64,000 bases of DNA from Octopus vulgaris. Its lineage: Eukaryota. Of the stretch, positions 37,741 to 50,479 are shown piece after piece. Where the stretch lies: the NCBI GenBank assembly GCA_951406725.2, contig OX597835.1, positions 41,230,001-41,294,000 of the forward strand. Reading direction: 5' to 3'. The notes below the pieces were generated by a model. It ran no database searches. It was given only the letters and a program-made list of their open reading frames with translations, and had not been told where the DNA came from. Position numbers and translations under genes: made by a program. Every line of letters starts with the position of its first letter. Position 1 is the stretch's first letter.

Positions 37741-38625
37741 GTATGTATGCAGTCCTATTGAGAACTGAGATAGGAATTGTTCAAAATGAATGCATATTGT
37801 TGTTGAGAAAACCAGTGATTGAAAGAACACTAGAATCAATTCAGATGAAGACATGCATGCATGCATAAATTTGGTTAAAAAGTACCCCAAAACGAAAACA
37901 AAGATACTTCTATTGGCTTGGCATGTATCGACAAAGTGAAGGGAAAATTGATCTCAGTATGTGGATTCATAAACTTCTTTTTTCATTGGTTGACATAAAA
38001 GGATTTCATTAAGGTGCTCTGATTTGACCTATCAGAACTAGATTTAATTACCAATTGAGCTGGGCCCCAAATGTTGAACATATGCTAATGATATATATTT
38101 TAAACATTGCCACTGGGGGTAGATCTGGCCCTTTGGGTAATATGCTTGACATCTCTGAAGAGGACCAACAAGGGAGTTTTTGCATGGTTACTTGATCTAT
38201 TAGAAATAACAGCTAAATTTCCTATTCACACTCCACCCTCTTAAAAGGAGGACACTTTGAGCACTGTTTGGGACATAAAATGGGATGGGATGGTCACAGC
38301 TAGAATGCCTTTTGTTATCAGTCTGTTGTTAGGTCAGAAGTGATCTGGGACTCACAACAGCAATAGACAGCATTAGAATTGTGTTATATGTTCTTTTGGT
38401 TGCCTAGAAATACTCAGTTTTTTGAAAACACACACACACACACACAATCCACCCTGCATCCATCCAGCTGCCCTTTCTTTTCTTTCCATTTTCATAAGAG
38501 GAAGTCTACGGTGTATGAAGGAATGTTGTTCTGTCAACACAAATCAAACTGCTTTTGCCATTGGTCCTTATCCATGGCAAGGTTATCAGCCTCACTAAAT
38601 CTTCACATTGTACGTAAGAAGAATG

Positions 38626-38662
<37 letters not shown>

Positions 38663-39139
38663 TGCTTACACAATAAAATATTTTAATTCTCAATAAACAT
38701 TTTATACACACCATTATTCATATAAACATGGTGTATAAATAAGTCTAGAACCAAATTCCTAAGCATAGGAAATATACACTGATAACATTCTTGCGTGTGT
38801 GTGTGTGTGTGTGTGTGCATGAGAGAGAGACTCTGTGTGTGTGTGCATGAGATAGAGAGACTCTGTGTGTGTAGCATTTAAAAAATTTTGAAATTTGATA
38901 ATGCAGAGAAGATAGGATTGCAACAATGAAGTTGTCTGTTGTTGCCAAGCAACAGCAGACAACAGGAAGAAGGAGTCTGAAGAGAGATTAGGAGGAGGCT
39001 TAGCCTTGATAAGTCATATTGTATGGAAACAGAGCAGAGAAACAAAAGTAATTTTGACTCTGAAAGTGGGAAGGTGATTCACTTGGAGACTGTTTTTCAT
39101 AATTTTCAGTTTTATGTTTCTTCTCACTCAATGAGAAGA

Positions 39140-39293
39140 AGGAGTGGCTGTGTGGTAAGTAGCTTGTTTACCAACCACATGGTTCCGGGTTCAGTCCCAC
39201 TGTGTGGCACCTTGAGCAAGTGTCTTCTACTATGCCTTGGGCCAACCAATGCCTTGTGAGTGGATTTGGTAGACGGAAACTGAAAGAAGCCCG

Positions 39294-39342
<49 letters not shown>

Positions 39343-39556
39343 TGTGTTTGTGTGTCTGTGTTTGTCCCCCAGCATTGCTTGAGAACCGATGCTGGTGTGT
39401 TTATGTCCCGTTACTTAGCGGTTCGGCAAAAGAGACCGATAGAATAAGTACTGGGCTTACAAAAGAATAAGTCCTCGGGTCGAGTTGCTTGATTAAAGGC
39501 GGTGCTCCAGCATGGCCGCAGTCAAATGACTGAAACAAGTAAAAGAGTAAAGAGTA
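39140..39556 (+). mobile_element. SINE family B
   Basis: Consensus match. Confidence 0.85.
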
Positions 39557-39657
39557 ATGTAACAGTTTATACTTTTGTACTTGTCTATCTTTACTGTTTT
39601 TAAAGTACTTCCAGTCTACACTCTTACCTGCTTGTATTTACATGATATTATATAAAC

Positions 39658-40508
39658 CAGGGTTCATATGGCCCTTGAGGGTCCACATAAGATTTATGGA
39701 GGTCCTTTCAACAAAATAGCATATGTTGGGAATCCACAACAGTACTTCATGGTCCCTGACGAAAATTTTGCTTTAGATGCCTCACAGAGGCAATGACGAA
39801 AGGCCAAGACCTCTGAGATATGCTGTGACAGCGAAGACCCGACAAATGAAGGGAGTTCATGGTTCACAGGATGGCCAGCTGTGCTTACCTTTGATCGTAG
39901 AGTGACCTGCTGTGCTTGAGGAGACCTATAGAGTCAAGTACATCAACATCAAAATAAAAATCAAATGGAAATGGAAATTCCGGTAGCACGTAAAAAGCAC
40001 TATCCGAATGTGGCCGATGTCAGCACCGCCTGACTGGCGTCCGTGTTGGTGTCATGTAAAAAGCTCCAAAAGATCATGGCCGTTTGCCAGCCTCCACTGG
40101 CCCCTATGCCGGTGGCACGTAAAAAGCACCCACTACACTCATGGAGTGGTTGGCATTAGGAAGGGCATCCAGCTGTAGAAACACTGCCAGATCAGACTGG
40201 AGCCTGGTGCAGCCTTCTGGCTTCCCAGACCCCAGTCGAACTGTCCAGTCCATGCTAGCACGGAAAACGGACGTTAAACGATGATGATGATGATGATGTA
40301 TGTACTGCAAGAAACAACTAAGTTTCTTCCTCTAACATTTTCCATAGTTCACCCTACACAAGTTGATATCTGAAAATTGAAATAGAAATTTTGAAAGAAG
40401 TTTCTGTAAAACTAGTTTTTCAACATTGAATGGTTACAGGGCAGGGGTCCACCAGAGTCAAATAGTAATCAAAGGTGTCTACAGGTAAAAAATAGTTGAG
40501 AATCCCTG
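39658..40508. mobile_element. hAT (Charlie-like) non-autonomous element interrupted by a SINE family C insertion (~39780-40298)
   Basis: Termini caggg..ccctg; perfect 8-bp TSD ATATAAAC on both sides. Confidence 0.75.
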
Positions 40509-41100
40509 ATATAAACCAATTTACTCCTGCTGTTGTTGTTGTTGCTGCTGCTGCTGTTGTTGTTGTTAAGCAGCAAGATGGGTAAGGGTGATTAGGTGAT
40601 GATCTAGGGCTTAAGGGCGGGAGACCCCAGACCTTGGAAAAAAAAAAAAGGTCGTCTTGTTGTAGTCGAGGGCTCTTCGTTGACGCCCGACACCACTGGG
40701 AGGTGGCCCTCGAAGTCGCTGGAAATGGAGATCTCCAGGTCCAAATTCTTGGATGGCTGCTGCTGCTGCTTAGTCTTGGCCAGCTTTGATTGTATGAATG
40801 TATCTTTTATTGTTTACTTGTTTCAGTCATTTGACTGCAGCCATGCTGGAGCACTGTCTTGAAAGGTTTTCAACAAACAGATTGTGATCTTATCCTTTTA
40901 AAATTCTGGTAATTATTCTATTGTCCTTTTGCCAAACCGCTAAGTTATGGAAACATAAACAAACCTACACTGGTTGTCAACTATGCAAACACAGGCAGAA
41001 AGACATGCACACATAAATATGCATATCGCCATGTTGATTCGCTAGCTTTTGCACGCATTTTTTTTCTTCCTTGTTTCTCTCCATGTTTCTTTTCTGTGTA

Positions 41101-41138
41101 TCTTTCTGTTGAAGAGCGTAGGCTCGAAACGTAAAAGA
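41101..41138 (+). ncRNA. Minimal hammerhead-like motif (A6U variant) in a pLTR-like element nested in SINE B
   Basis: UCUUU CUGUUGA A GAGC guag GCUC GAAA CG UA AAAGA. Confidence 0.6.
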
Positions 41139-41217
41139 CTTTTTTTATTTATATTCCTGAGTGCCATACTAATACAATTGTTTGTTTGTATTCCACCTGC
41201 CTTCATCTTTTGTTTAT

Positions 41218-41299
<82 letters not shown>

Positions 41300-41914
41300 C
41301 TGGCTTCTGCACAGTTTCCTTCTACCAATTTCACTCTCATGGCATTGGCTGGCCCAGAGCTATTATAAAAGACATTTATCCAATGTGCTGTGTAGTGGGA
41401 TTGAACCCAAAACCATGTGTTTGGGAAGCAAACCTCTTAACCATATGGCCATTGCTGCACCTGGTTTAATTAATATCAGATCATTCCATATTTTTACATA
41501 ATCTTGCACATTCATCATTAACATCATCATCATCATCACTGTTTACTTTTTTCCCTTTTTCCATGCCAACATGCGTTGGACAAGACTTTTTAAGACAGTA
41601 TTCCATGGCTAGAGACTCTTCTGATGGCAATCCTTGTTTTCAAGTAAGGATGGTAAGGTTCCAGTAGTCTTCACCTGTTGAACTGTTGTAATCAACAGGT
41701 GTTCAATTTTATGGATGTTGACGAATAGGGAGAAGATTAAAATCAAGAAAGGCCAATCTCTCTTATTGATTTCTGGTGTTTGCGCAATCATCTCAAATGG
41801 AAGAGTACAGTTAATTGAATCAACTCTAGACTATAACTGGTACCTATTTCATTGTTCCTAGAAAGAGATGAAAGGCCAAAACAATTTTAAAGGGATTTTA
41901 CTTTGACAAAGTAA

Positions 41915-42080
41915 AGGTGTAGGAGTGGCTGTGTGGTAAGTAGCTTGCTTATGAACCGCATGGTTCCGGGTTCAGTCCCACTGTGTGGCACCTTGGACAA
42001 GTGTCTTCTACTATAGCCTCGGGCCGACCAAAGCCTTGTGAGTGGATTTGGTAGACGGAAACTGAAAGAAGCCCGTTGTA

Positions 42081-42149
<69 letters not shown>

Positions 42150-42355
42150 TTGTGTGTCTGTGTTTGTCTCCCCAACATCGCTTGACAACTGATGCTGGTG
42201 TGTTTACATCCTCGTAACTTAGCTGTTCGGCAAAAGAGACCTATAGAATAAGTACAAGGCTTACAAAGATTAAGTCCTGGGGTTGATTTGCTCGACTAAA
42301 GGCAGTGCCCCAGCATGGCTGCAGTCAAATGATAAACAAGTAAAAGAGTAAAGAG
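41915..42355 (+). mobile_element. SINE family B
   Basis: Consensus match. Confidence 0.85.
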
Positions 42356-42665
42356 GGAGTACTTAATGAAGAAATCCTACAGATTATTTAGTATGGCACT
42401 CTGTTATTTTGGCCATCCCAATTGTGCCCCACCCATCTGGTATATTTCGTTGAATCTAGGAAACAAATTGCCATGAAGTGATTCTCTAAATGCTCCAACC
42501 TCTGGCCCCACAGACAAGCAGTGTCCCCTTTCTCTGACTTTTCTACGGATGCTGCTACAGCTTCTGCTCCCCTGAACTAACTGGTCTCCATCCACCTCCA
42601 CTCAAACATAACTGACTTACTCACATCACTTCATCTTGTCACCCATATTATGTCCCTCCATATTA

Positions 42666-42897
42666 AGGTGGCGAGCTGGCAGAAACGTTAGCATGCTGGG
42701 CAAAATGCATAGCCGTATTTCGTCTGTCGATACATTCCGAGTTCAAATTCCGCCGAGGTCGACTTTGCCTTTCATCCTTTCGAGGTCGATTAATTAAGTA
42801 CCAGTTACGCACTGGGGTCAATGTAATCGACTTAATCCGTTTGTCTGTCCTTGTTTGTCCCCTCTGTGTTTAGCTCCTTGTGGGTAGTAAAGAAATA
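42666..42897 (+). mobile_element. SINE family A, monomer
   Basis: Head plus one body unit ending aaagaaata. Confidence 0.85.
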
Positions 42898-43142
42898 CAT
42901 ATTATGTCCCTCTCCATGAACCCTATTATGTCCAGTCCTTTTTTTCCAGGGTGTTGGCCCTCTGAAACTCCTTCTCTGCACGTGTTTTCCCTCCAGCCAT
43001 TGTCTTAGAGAAATGTTAACCATGTTTATCTTATTAATCTCAGGTATTTATATACATATATATACTACATTTATATATTACCTTTAATAAATTAGCTTTC
43101 ATAAAGTTCACCTTTAAAATGCCACGAAGAGTCAGAGTACTT

Positions 43143-43225
43143 TCTCGCCAACCTCTGAAAACCTCTCTCACCAACCTCTGAAAACCTCTCTCGCCAACCT
43201 CCGAAAACCTCTCTCGCCAACCTCC
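43143..43225. repeat. 21-bp tandem repeat (ctctcgccaacctctgaaaac), ~4 copies
   Basis: Directly visible. Confidence 0.85.
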
Positions 43226-44586
43226 AACAATCTCTCCCTCCTCCAGCTGACAGTTTTTTGTACTTTTTCGTGTGTCTCCTGTCCTAGCTTGATTTACGTG
43301 TTCGCCACCACAACCTCATTTAGGTTTAGCAGCCCTTCCTGTTTGTTTTCATTGTCCTGTTTGTGTAACCTATTTTGATCCTCCGCAAAATCCCAAATTT
43401 GATTTAATTTGCTTTGTGGGAGCAACTGCTTTATCAAAAGTGTATATTGTTGTTAAACGCTCGAAATATGAGACTAGAAATATGAGACTGATGAAGGGTC
43501 CTGCAAATGAAAAAAGCTTGCAGAGCAATTCTCCTTTTGGTACCTGTGTAAATATGAAATGTGAAGACCCTCTTTGCCCTTCTACCTGTCATACAGCAGG
43601 ATGTCCTGTATGTCATTACCAAAGAGAGAGAGAGAGAGAGAGAGAGGTGGGGTGGGGGCTGCACCAACACTCGGCCAATACTCTTTCCAGCTGAGTAAAC
43701 TGGAGTGAAAAGAAGTGCCTTACTCAAAGATGTGACATGTTGTCAGGTTCAGGATTTGAACCTGTAACCTTATTATCATGAACTTTAACTGGCTCATCAT
43801 CAGTTATGAGGACAAGTGTTCCAGTTGAACTGATCCACGGATCAACTTGCTCATGAAATTAACATGCAAGCAGCTGAGCGCTCCAGAAACACAGAATATG
43901 ACAGATACAAGGCATTTTTGCCATCTGAGAGGACTGGAGCAACGTGAAATAAAGTGTCTTGCTCAAGGACACAATGCAGCACTGGGTATTGAACTCATGG
44001 CCATGAGGTCATGAGCTGAACATCCTAACTCCTAGGCAACACACTTTTACCATTCCAAAGAAACCGTTGACTTATTGTATTTTGCATCCTGTAACTTTCC
44101 AGTAATGTCCATTTGCCAACTTTCTGGCTGTCTCCTTGATTAATAAAAGACATTTAAAGGTCCAGTACTGAACCCTAGTTTTGTGGCATTTAGCAAGCCA
44201 GAGATGCCCCCCCCCTGCCCCGGGAAAGGACCACAAACCATTTCAAGTGAACATTCTCAGAGGATATGCTTATTCACCATGAATGGGTGAGCTGAAGCCA
44301 GTGAAATTAAATGTACTGACCGAAATATATAACAAAACACATGCAATAGATTTGAACTCATGACCTATAGGTTCATAATCTAACAGTCTAACACTGTGTC
44401 TACTCAGCTGTTTTGCTCTGACAAAGCAAGAAATTCAATCATAAGTTTGTTTATGTCTCTGATTCTTTGCATTCCTGTTTGGTATTTCAATGTCTTGGTG
44501 GTTATAATAAATTAAAGTCAGAAATAAAAAGGAAACATTTTTATGTTTATATAATATATATATATATATAAAATGGCAATAAATAC

Positions 44587-44658
<72 letters not shown>

Positions 44659-45622
44659 TGTGTATATATGTGTGTGTATATATATATGTGTGTGTGTGTA
44701 TATATATGTGTGTGTGTGTATATATATATCTATAATTATACACACACACTCACAAATGTATATGAATACATTATATATATATGTATATAAACAGGGATAC
44801 ATACATACATACACATATATATATTTAGAGAGAGAGAGAGATGTACATATATACACACATATAGATAGATAATTAGGTAGATAGAATAAATGTGTGTGTG
44901 TGTGTGTGTGTGTGGAGTGAGAGAGAGACAGACAGACAGAACGAGAGGTGGAGAGAGAGAAAGAGAGAGAGAGATACATATATGTGTGCATATATATCTC
45001 AGTGCTTGAAATTCTGAGGCGTTAATTACTAGGTTGGTCCAGGGCTACGAGAGAGCAACTACTGCGAAAGTTGAATGTCACCATAGTGTGAGAAAGTCGA
45101 CAGGATAGGCTTGTTTTAGAAAGACATCTACTGCATACCAAAAGACATTAGGTTGTTGTTGTTCTTGTAGCTGTTGTTGTTGTTTTAATATATAAAAGTT
45201 TAAAAAAAACAAACAACGTAACATACTCTCCTCATACAATTTTTATATCAAAGTAAATGTCTCCCTTTATTTATTTATTTATATCTATTTACTCATCATC
45301 GTTAATGGGACGGTGGAGCGAAAGAGAGAAACTAGTAAACGATTGGACTAAATAGTTTTACTGTATATTTAGTCACATTGTGGCTCTGTGGTAAGAAGCT
45401 TGCTTCCTAACCACGTGGTTCCGTGTTCAGTTCCATTGGGCAAGCACCTTGGGCAAGTGTCTTCTACTATAGCTTCAGGCTGACCAAAACCATGAGAGTA
45501 GACTTGGTTGATGGAAACTGAAAGAGACCCATTATACACACACACACACACACGACCGCGTGTGTACCGTTGGCGATATTTTTTCCTCTGTCTTCCCTTC
45601 TCTGGATCTTTCCTTCTCCTAT

Positions 45623-45657
45623 GTTTCCGACGAAGAGCTCTGCTCGAAATGTTAAAC
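45623..45657 (+). ncRNA. Minimal hammerhead-like motif (U4C variant) in an element nested in SINE B 45375-45990
   Basis: GUUU CCGACGA A GAGC ucu GCUC GAAA UG UU AAAC. Confidence 0.5.
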
Positions 45658-45745
45658 CCTCCTTCTTTCCTTCTTTCCTGAGTGTCCAATAATACTATGT
45701 TTGTTCCACGTCCTCGCGTTGTTGTGTTTTCATGTTTGGATTAAC

Positions 45746-45792
<47 letters not shown>

Positions 45793-46561
45793 GTGTCTGT
45801 GTTTGTCCCCCTACCATCGCTTGACAACTGATGCTGGTGTGTTTATATCCCTGTAACTTAGTGGTTCAGTAAAAAAGACTGATAGAATAAGTACTAGGCT
45901 TACAAAGAATAAGTCCTGGGGTCGATTTCTTTGACTAAAACCCTTTAAGGTGGTGCTCCAGCATGGCCACAGTCAAATGACTGAAACAAAAGAAATATGA
46001 TCAGCATGGCTGAATTCACTTAACTGCCACTCGTCCAAAGCCCTGGAGTGATAACCAAAACAAATATGAATCAGTACCAGATATATACTGGTGTCGATTC
46101 CACTGATTTAGACTATTTTCTTTATTCTATACATAGTCATTGCTTACTCTTTTACTTGTTTCAGTCATTTGACTGTGGCCATGCTGGAACACCGCCTTTA
46201 GTCGAGCAAATCAACCCCAGGACTTATTCTTTGTAAGCCTAGTACTTATTCTATCGGTCTCTTTTGCCGAACAGCTAAGTTACGGGGATGTAAACACACC
46301 AGCATCAATTGTCAAGCAATGTTGGGAGGAGAAACACAGACACACACACACACACAGACATATATATACATATATATGATGGGCTTCTTTCAATTTCCGT
46401 CTACCAAATCCACTCACGAGGCTTTGGTTGGTCCGAGGCTATAGTAGAAGACACTTGTCCAAGGTGCCATGCAGTGGGACTGAACCCGGAACCATGTGGT
46501 TGATAAGCAAGCTACTTACCACACAGCCACTCCTACACCTATAAACTTTAAGCTTATAGAA

Positions 46562-46983
46562 TATTATTATTATTATTCTTGTTATTGTTTGGGTCACTGC
46601 TTGGAATAGAATTCGGAATCTTGGGGTTATTAGCCTGCACTCTTAACCACTACGCCATGGGCATATGGCGTAGTGGTTAAGAGTGTGGGCTACTAACCCC
46701 AAGATTCTTAGTTCGGTTCCAGGCAGTGAGCTGAATAATAATAATAATAATAACAACAACATTGAAAATGAAACATACATTTTCAATAATAATAATAATA
46801 GTAATAATAACATAGAAAAATACCTTAGGAATGAGAACCCAGGTTTGAAATTTCCCAAGACACCTGATGAAGGCTGGAGGGTATATAAGCTGAAACGTTG
46901 TGTTAACAACAAACAAGATGAGGACAAATATCCATCAAATGTAAATAATGTAAATAATTCCTCATCTCTTAAATACAGAACTG
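46562..46983 (+). mobile_element. tRNA-headed SINE-like element with an internal hammerhead and an inverted 5' duplication
   Basis: A box TGGCGTAGTGG (46666-46676), B-box-like GTTCGGTTCC (46711-46720), (AAT)n, HHR at 46859-46904; 46562-46658 is an inverted copy of the head. Confidence 0.7.
46859..46904 (+). ncRNA. Type I hammerhead ribozyme motif
   Basis: GACAC CUGAUGA A GGCU ggaggguauaua AGCU GAAA CG UU GUGUU. Confidence 0.7.
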
Positions 46984-47164
46984 AAAGGCAGTATATTTCG
47001 GAAATATAGTAACAAAAGGGTTGAAGTGATTTAAATTAAAAACTTCCAGCAAAATCTGTTAATTTAAGTTCCAAACACCACTTTAATTATATCAAAGTTA
47101 TTTTACTAAATTTGTCATTATTTTCAAAATTAATTGAAACGAAGTTCGTGGATTTCAGTTAGGA

Positions 47165-47555
47165 ATCATCATCATCTTCGTTTAGCGTCCGCTTTCCATG
47201 CTATCATGGGTTGGACGGTTCAACTGGGGTCTGGGAAGCCAGGAGGCTGCACCAGGCCCAGTCTGATCTGGCAATGTTTCTATGGCTGGATGTATTTCCT
47301 GACGTCAACCACTCTGTGAGTGTAGTGGGTGCTTTTTACATGCCACCGGGACAGGTGCCAGACGAGCCTGGCAAACGGCCACGATTGGATGGTGCTTTTT
47401 ACATGCCACCGGCACGGGGGCCAGGCGAGGCTGGCAAACGGCCACGATCGGATGGTACTTTTTACGTGTCACCGGCACGGGGGCCAGGCGAGGCTGGCAA
47501 ACGGCCACGATCGGATGGTGCTTTTTACATGCCACCGGCACGGGGGCCAGGCGAA
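47165..47555 (-). mobile_element. SINE family C with an internal ~61-bp tandem expansion (~3.5 copies)
   Basis: ggtgctttttacatgccaccggcacgggggccaggcgaggctggcaaacggccacgatcggat repeated. Confidence 0.85.
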
Positions 47556-48539
47556 TGGTCGCAAAAGAGTAAATAGTAACATAGTTATTTCACCAAATTC
47601 TTCATTTTTTTTTTATAATTCATTGAAACAATGGCAATGGATTTCAACAGAAATATGTTAAGGAAAGGGTTAAATGTTGATTGCTATGTAGTTTTTTTAA
47701 TCTTAATATTCTGAATTCAGTTCTCAGTTGGAGCTCAGAGTTGGTCTTTCATCTCTCCAGGTTCTCTGTAAAACATCTAAATATGTGTTTGTTACATGCT
47801 GGGAGTCATTTAATTGACGTCAGTACCTATCTCATAAAAAAAGAAACAAAAAAAAAAACTGTCATCTAATCATCATCATCATCATCATCATCATCACTGT
47901 CTCTGCTTTTATTGTCATATCATAATCATCACCATTGTCAATTATTAAAGATATAAGGAACCACTACCACTACTGCCACAACCACCACCATTGCTGTCAT
48001 GACCATTGCTGCTGCCACCACCACCACCACCACCCAGCAGCAGTGGCTTGGCAAAGTCAGTAGAGCATCAGACAAAATATCTTGCAGTATCTTTTCTAGT
48101 TCAAATCCTGCCAAGGTCAACTTCGCCTTTCATTTTTCTCAGGCCATCACCATTTAATGTCCATGTTCCATGCTGAAATGGGCTGGATAGCCAATGAAAT
48201 AAAGTCCTAGTCAAGTACTGGGGTCAGGTGGAATCAACTGATCCCTTCCTACTGAATTCCTCACTTTGTGCTGTGTAGGTAGGCTTTTTTCTCATTAATA
48301 AGGCAGCACCATGGCAGGATCATTGGAACTCCAAACAAAATGCTTAGCGGCACTTTTTCTGGCTTCATGTTCTCAGTTCAAATTCCACCGAGGTCAACTT
48401 TGCCTTTCATCCTTTTGGGGTCGATAACATAAGTACCAGTTGAGAACTGGGGTTGATATAATCAACTAGCCCACTTCCCTCTAAATTTCAGGCCTTGTGC
48501 CTATAGTCAAAAGGGTTGTTATTATTTTTATTATTTTAA

Positions 48540-48950
48540 GGCATCGAGCTGGCAGAATCGTTAGCATGCCGGGCAAAATGTTTATTGGTATTTCGTCTGC
48601 TGTTATGTTCTGAGTTCATATTCCGCCGGGGTCAACTTTACTTTTCATCCTTTCGGGGTCGATTAAATAAGTACCAGTTACGCACTGGGGTTGATATAAG
48701 CGACTTAATGCGTTTGTCTGTCCTTCTTTGTCCTCTCTGTGTTTAGCCCCTTGTGGGTAGTAAAGAAATAGGTATTTCGCCTGTCTTTATGTTCTGAGTT
48801 CAAATTCTGCCGAGGTCGACTTTGCTTTTCATCCTTTTGGAGGTCAATTAAATAAGTATCAGTTATCCACTGGGGTCGATGTAATCAACTTAATCCCTTT
48901 ATTCTATCCTTGTTTGTCCCCACTATGTTTAGCCCCCTAATAAAGAAATA
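48540..48950 (+). mobile_element. SINE family A dimer
   Basis: Junction aaagaaata|ggtatttcg at 48771. Confidence 0.8.
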
Positions 48951-49568
48951 ATAATTATTATTGGTTGTGAGCTAACAAAATGGTTAGCATGCGGGACAAA
49001 ATGCTTAGTGGCATTTCATTTGTCTTTGTGTCCTGAGCTCAAATTCCACTGAGATCAACTTTATTTCATCCTTTTGGAATCGATAGAATAAGGACCAGTT
49101 GTGCACAGGGGTTAATGAAAGCGACTAGTTCCCCTCAACCAAAATTTCAGGCCTTGTGCCTTAAGTAGAAAGAGTCATTGATATATAGGACAGTGGTTTG
49201 CTAGAATCCTGAGAGTGCCAGATAAAAGACTTTGTATTTCTCATTAGTAGAACTTAATTTTACATGGTAAACCAAATAACCATTGGCAAATGTTACTGTG
49301 AACTAAGTCACTTTACTTGTCCTCCTACTTACAGCTATTTAGTTTGGGTTGTTTGGAGTTCAGTATCTTGACGTATTGCAATACCAGAAACAGGAAATGA
49401 ACAATTGACCATTTTGGCTGGTATTTTACTACTCTATCAACCTTCCATACACTTGTTTATAAAATATATAATTGTGTCCTAAGCTCTTAAAAGGCCCTTT
49501 TTGGAAATATTTTTGCTTCTTATTTTATGGAGTGAAGTGGGTGAGATAAATCTCTGCTCTCTATAGAG

Positions 49569-49787
49569 CAGTGGTTTTCAACCAGGGTTCCACGGAACCT
49601 TAGGGTTCCGCCAGTACAGTCTAGGGGTTCTGCAAGAAGTTATAAAAATGCTAAAATTGGCAGTAATTTTTAATTCTCCTGTGCAGATATGTGTGCATAA
49701 GACAATTAAATTATTGCACAGGGGTTCCTCGAGCCAGTGGAATGTTTCCTTCGGGTTCCGCTCCAGCAAAAAGTTTGAAAAGCACTG
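49569..49787. mobile_element. hAT (Charlie-like) MITE
   Basis: TIR cagtggttttcaa / ttgaaaagcactg; perfect 8-bp TSD CTATAGAG. Confidence 0.9.
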
Positions 49788-50045
49788 CTATAGAGTGATG
49801 GTCTATTTTGGATTATGTTCTTTGTTAGATGTGTTCATCTCTGTCCAGACAGCTGGGTGACCTGAAGCTGGCAAAGAAATACCTCTTGCTTGTTTGAACC
49901 AATATAATGCATTCATTGAGTTCATAATGAAATGTCATTTCGGCACAGATCATTTTAACTTGTACTTTGTACTGGTCATTGTATAATCTGCTTCATATTT
50001 GAGTTAAATCTTCATTATAACTCTCAACAACAGCAAAGGAAATCG

Positions 50046-50479
50046 GGGTTTTTTCGGTTTGACCGGCAGTTTTTAACGTAATTTCTAGGTAACTAAAAAA
50101 TTTTAAACTTCGTATACTGGTAGAATGTATTTATAAAACATCTTTTTCTCTTGGCTTTATTGAGAAAATTCTATAGTTTGTAAGATATTTGTTGTTTTTT
50201 TCTTCAATTTCTGCAATTTCAACCAATCACAGATGTCTATTGAGGTAAAAAACATTCTGTGCCATATGAATATGTCCCTCGTTTAAGAAACAGATTGGGT
50301 TTATTTACATTTGTGAAGAAAAAAAGATACCTTTCCCCCTAACTAACCCTAACTAACCCTAACTAATCCTAACCCTAAAAGAGATTGAAATGCAATAGAT
50401 CGATACTAGGGTCATAATTATGGGTGACAATTTCATATGACACCACTAGAAAAAACTGCCGTTCAAACCGAAAAGATCC
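50046..50479. mobile_element. MITE of the GGATCTTTTCGG-TIR family with expanded CCCTAA-like repeats
   Basis: TIRs present; flanks ggaaatcg / agaaatcg (7 of 8 match, likely TSD). Confidence 0.85.

Noticed and set aside
46659-46733. Bona fide tRNA gene
   Set aside because: Acceptor and T stems do not pair properly and there is no poly-T terminator; treated as a SINE head, as are the family A and B heads
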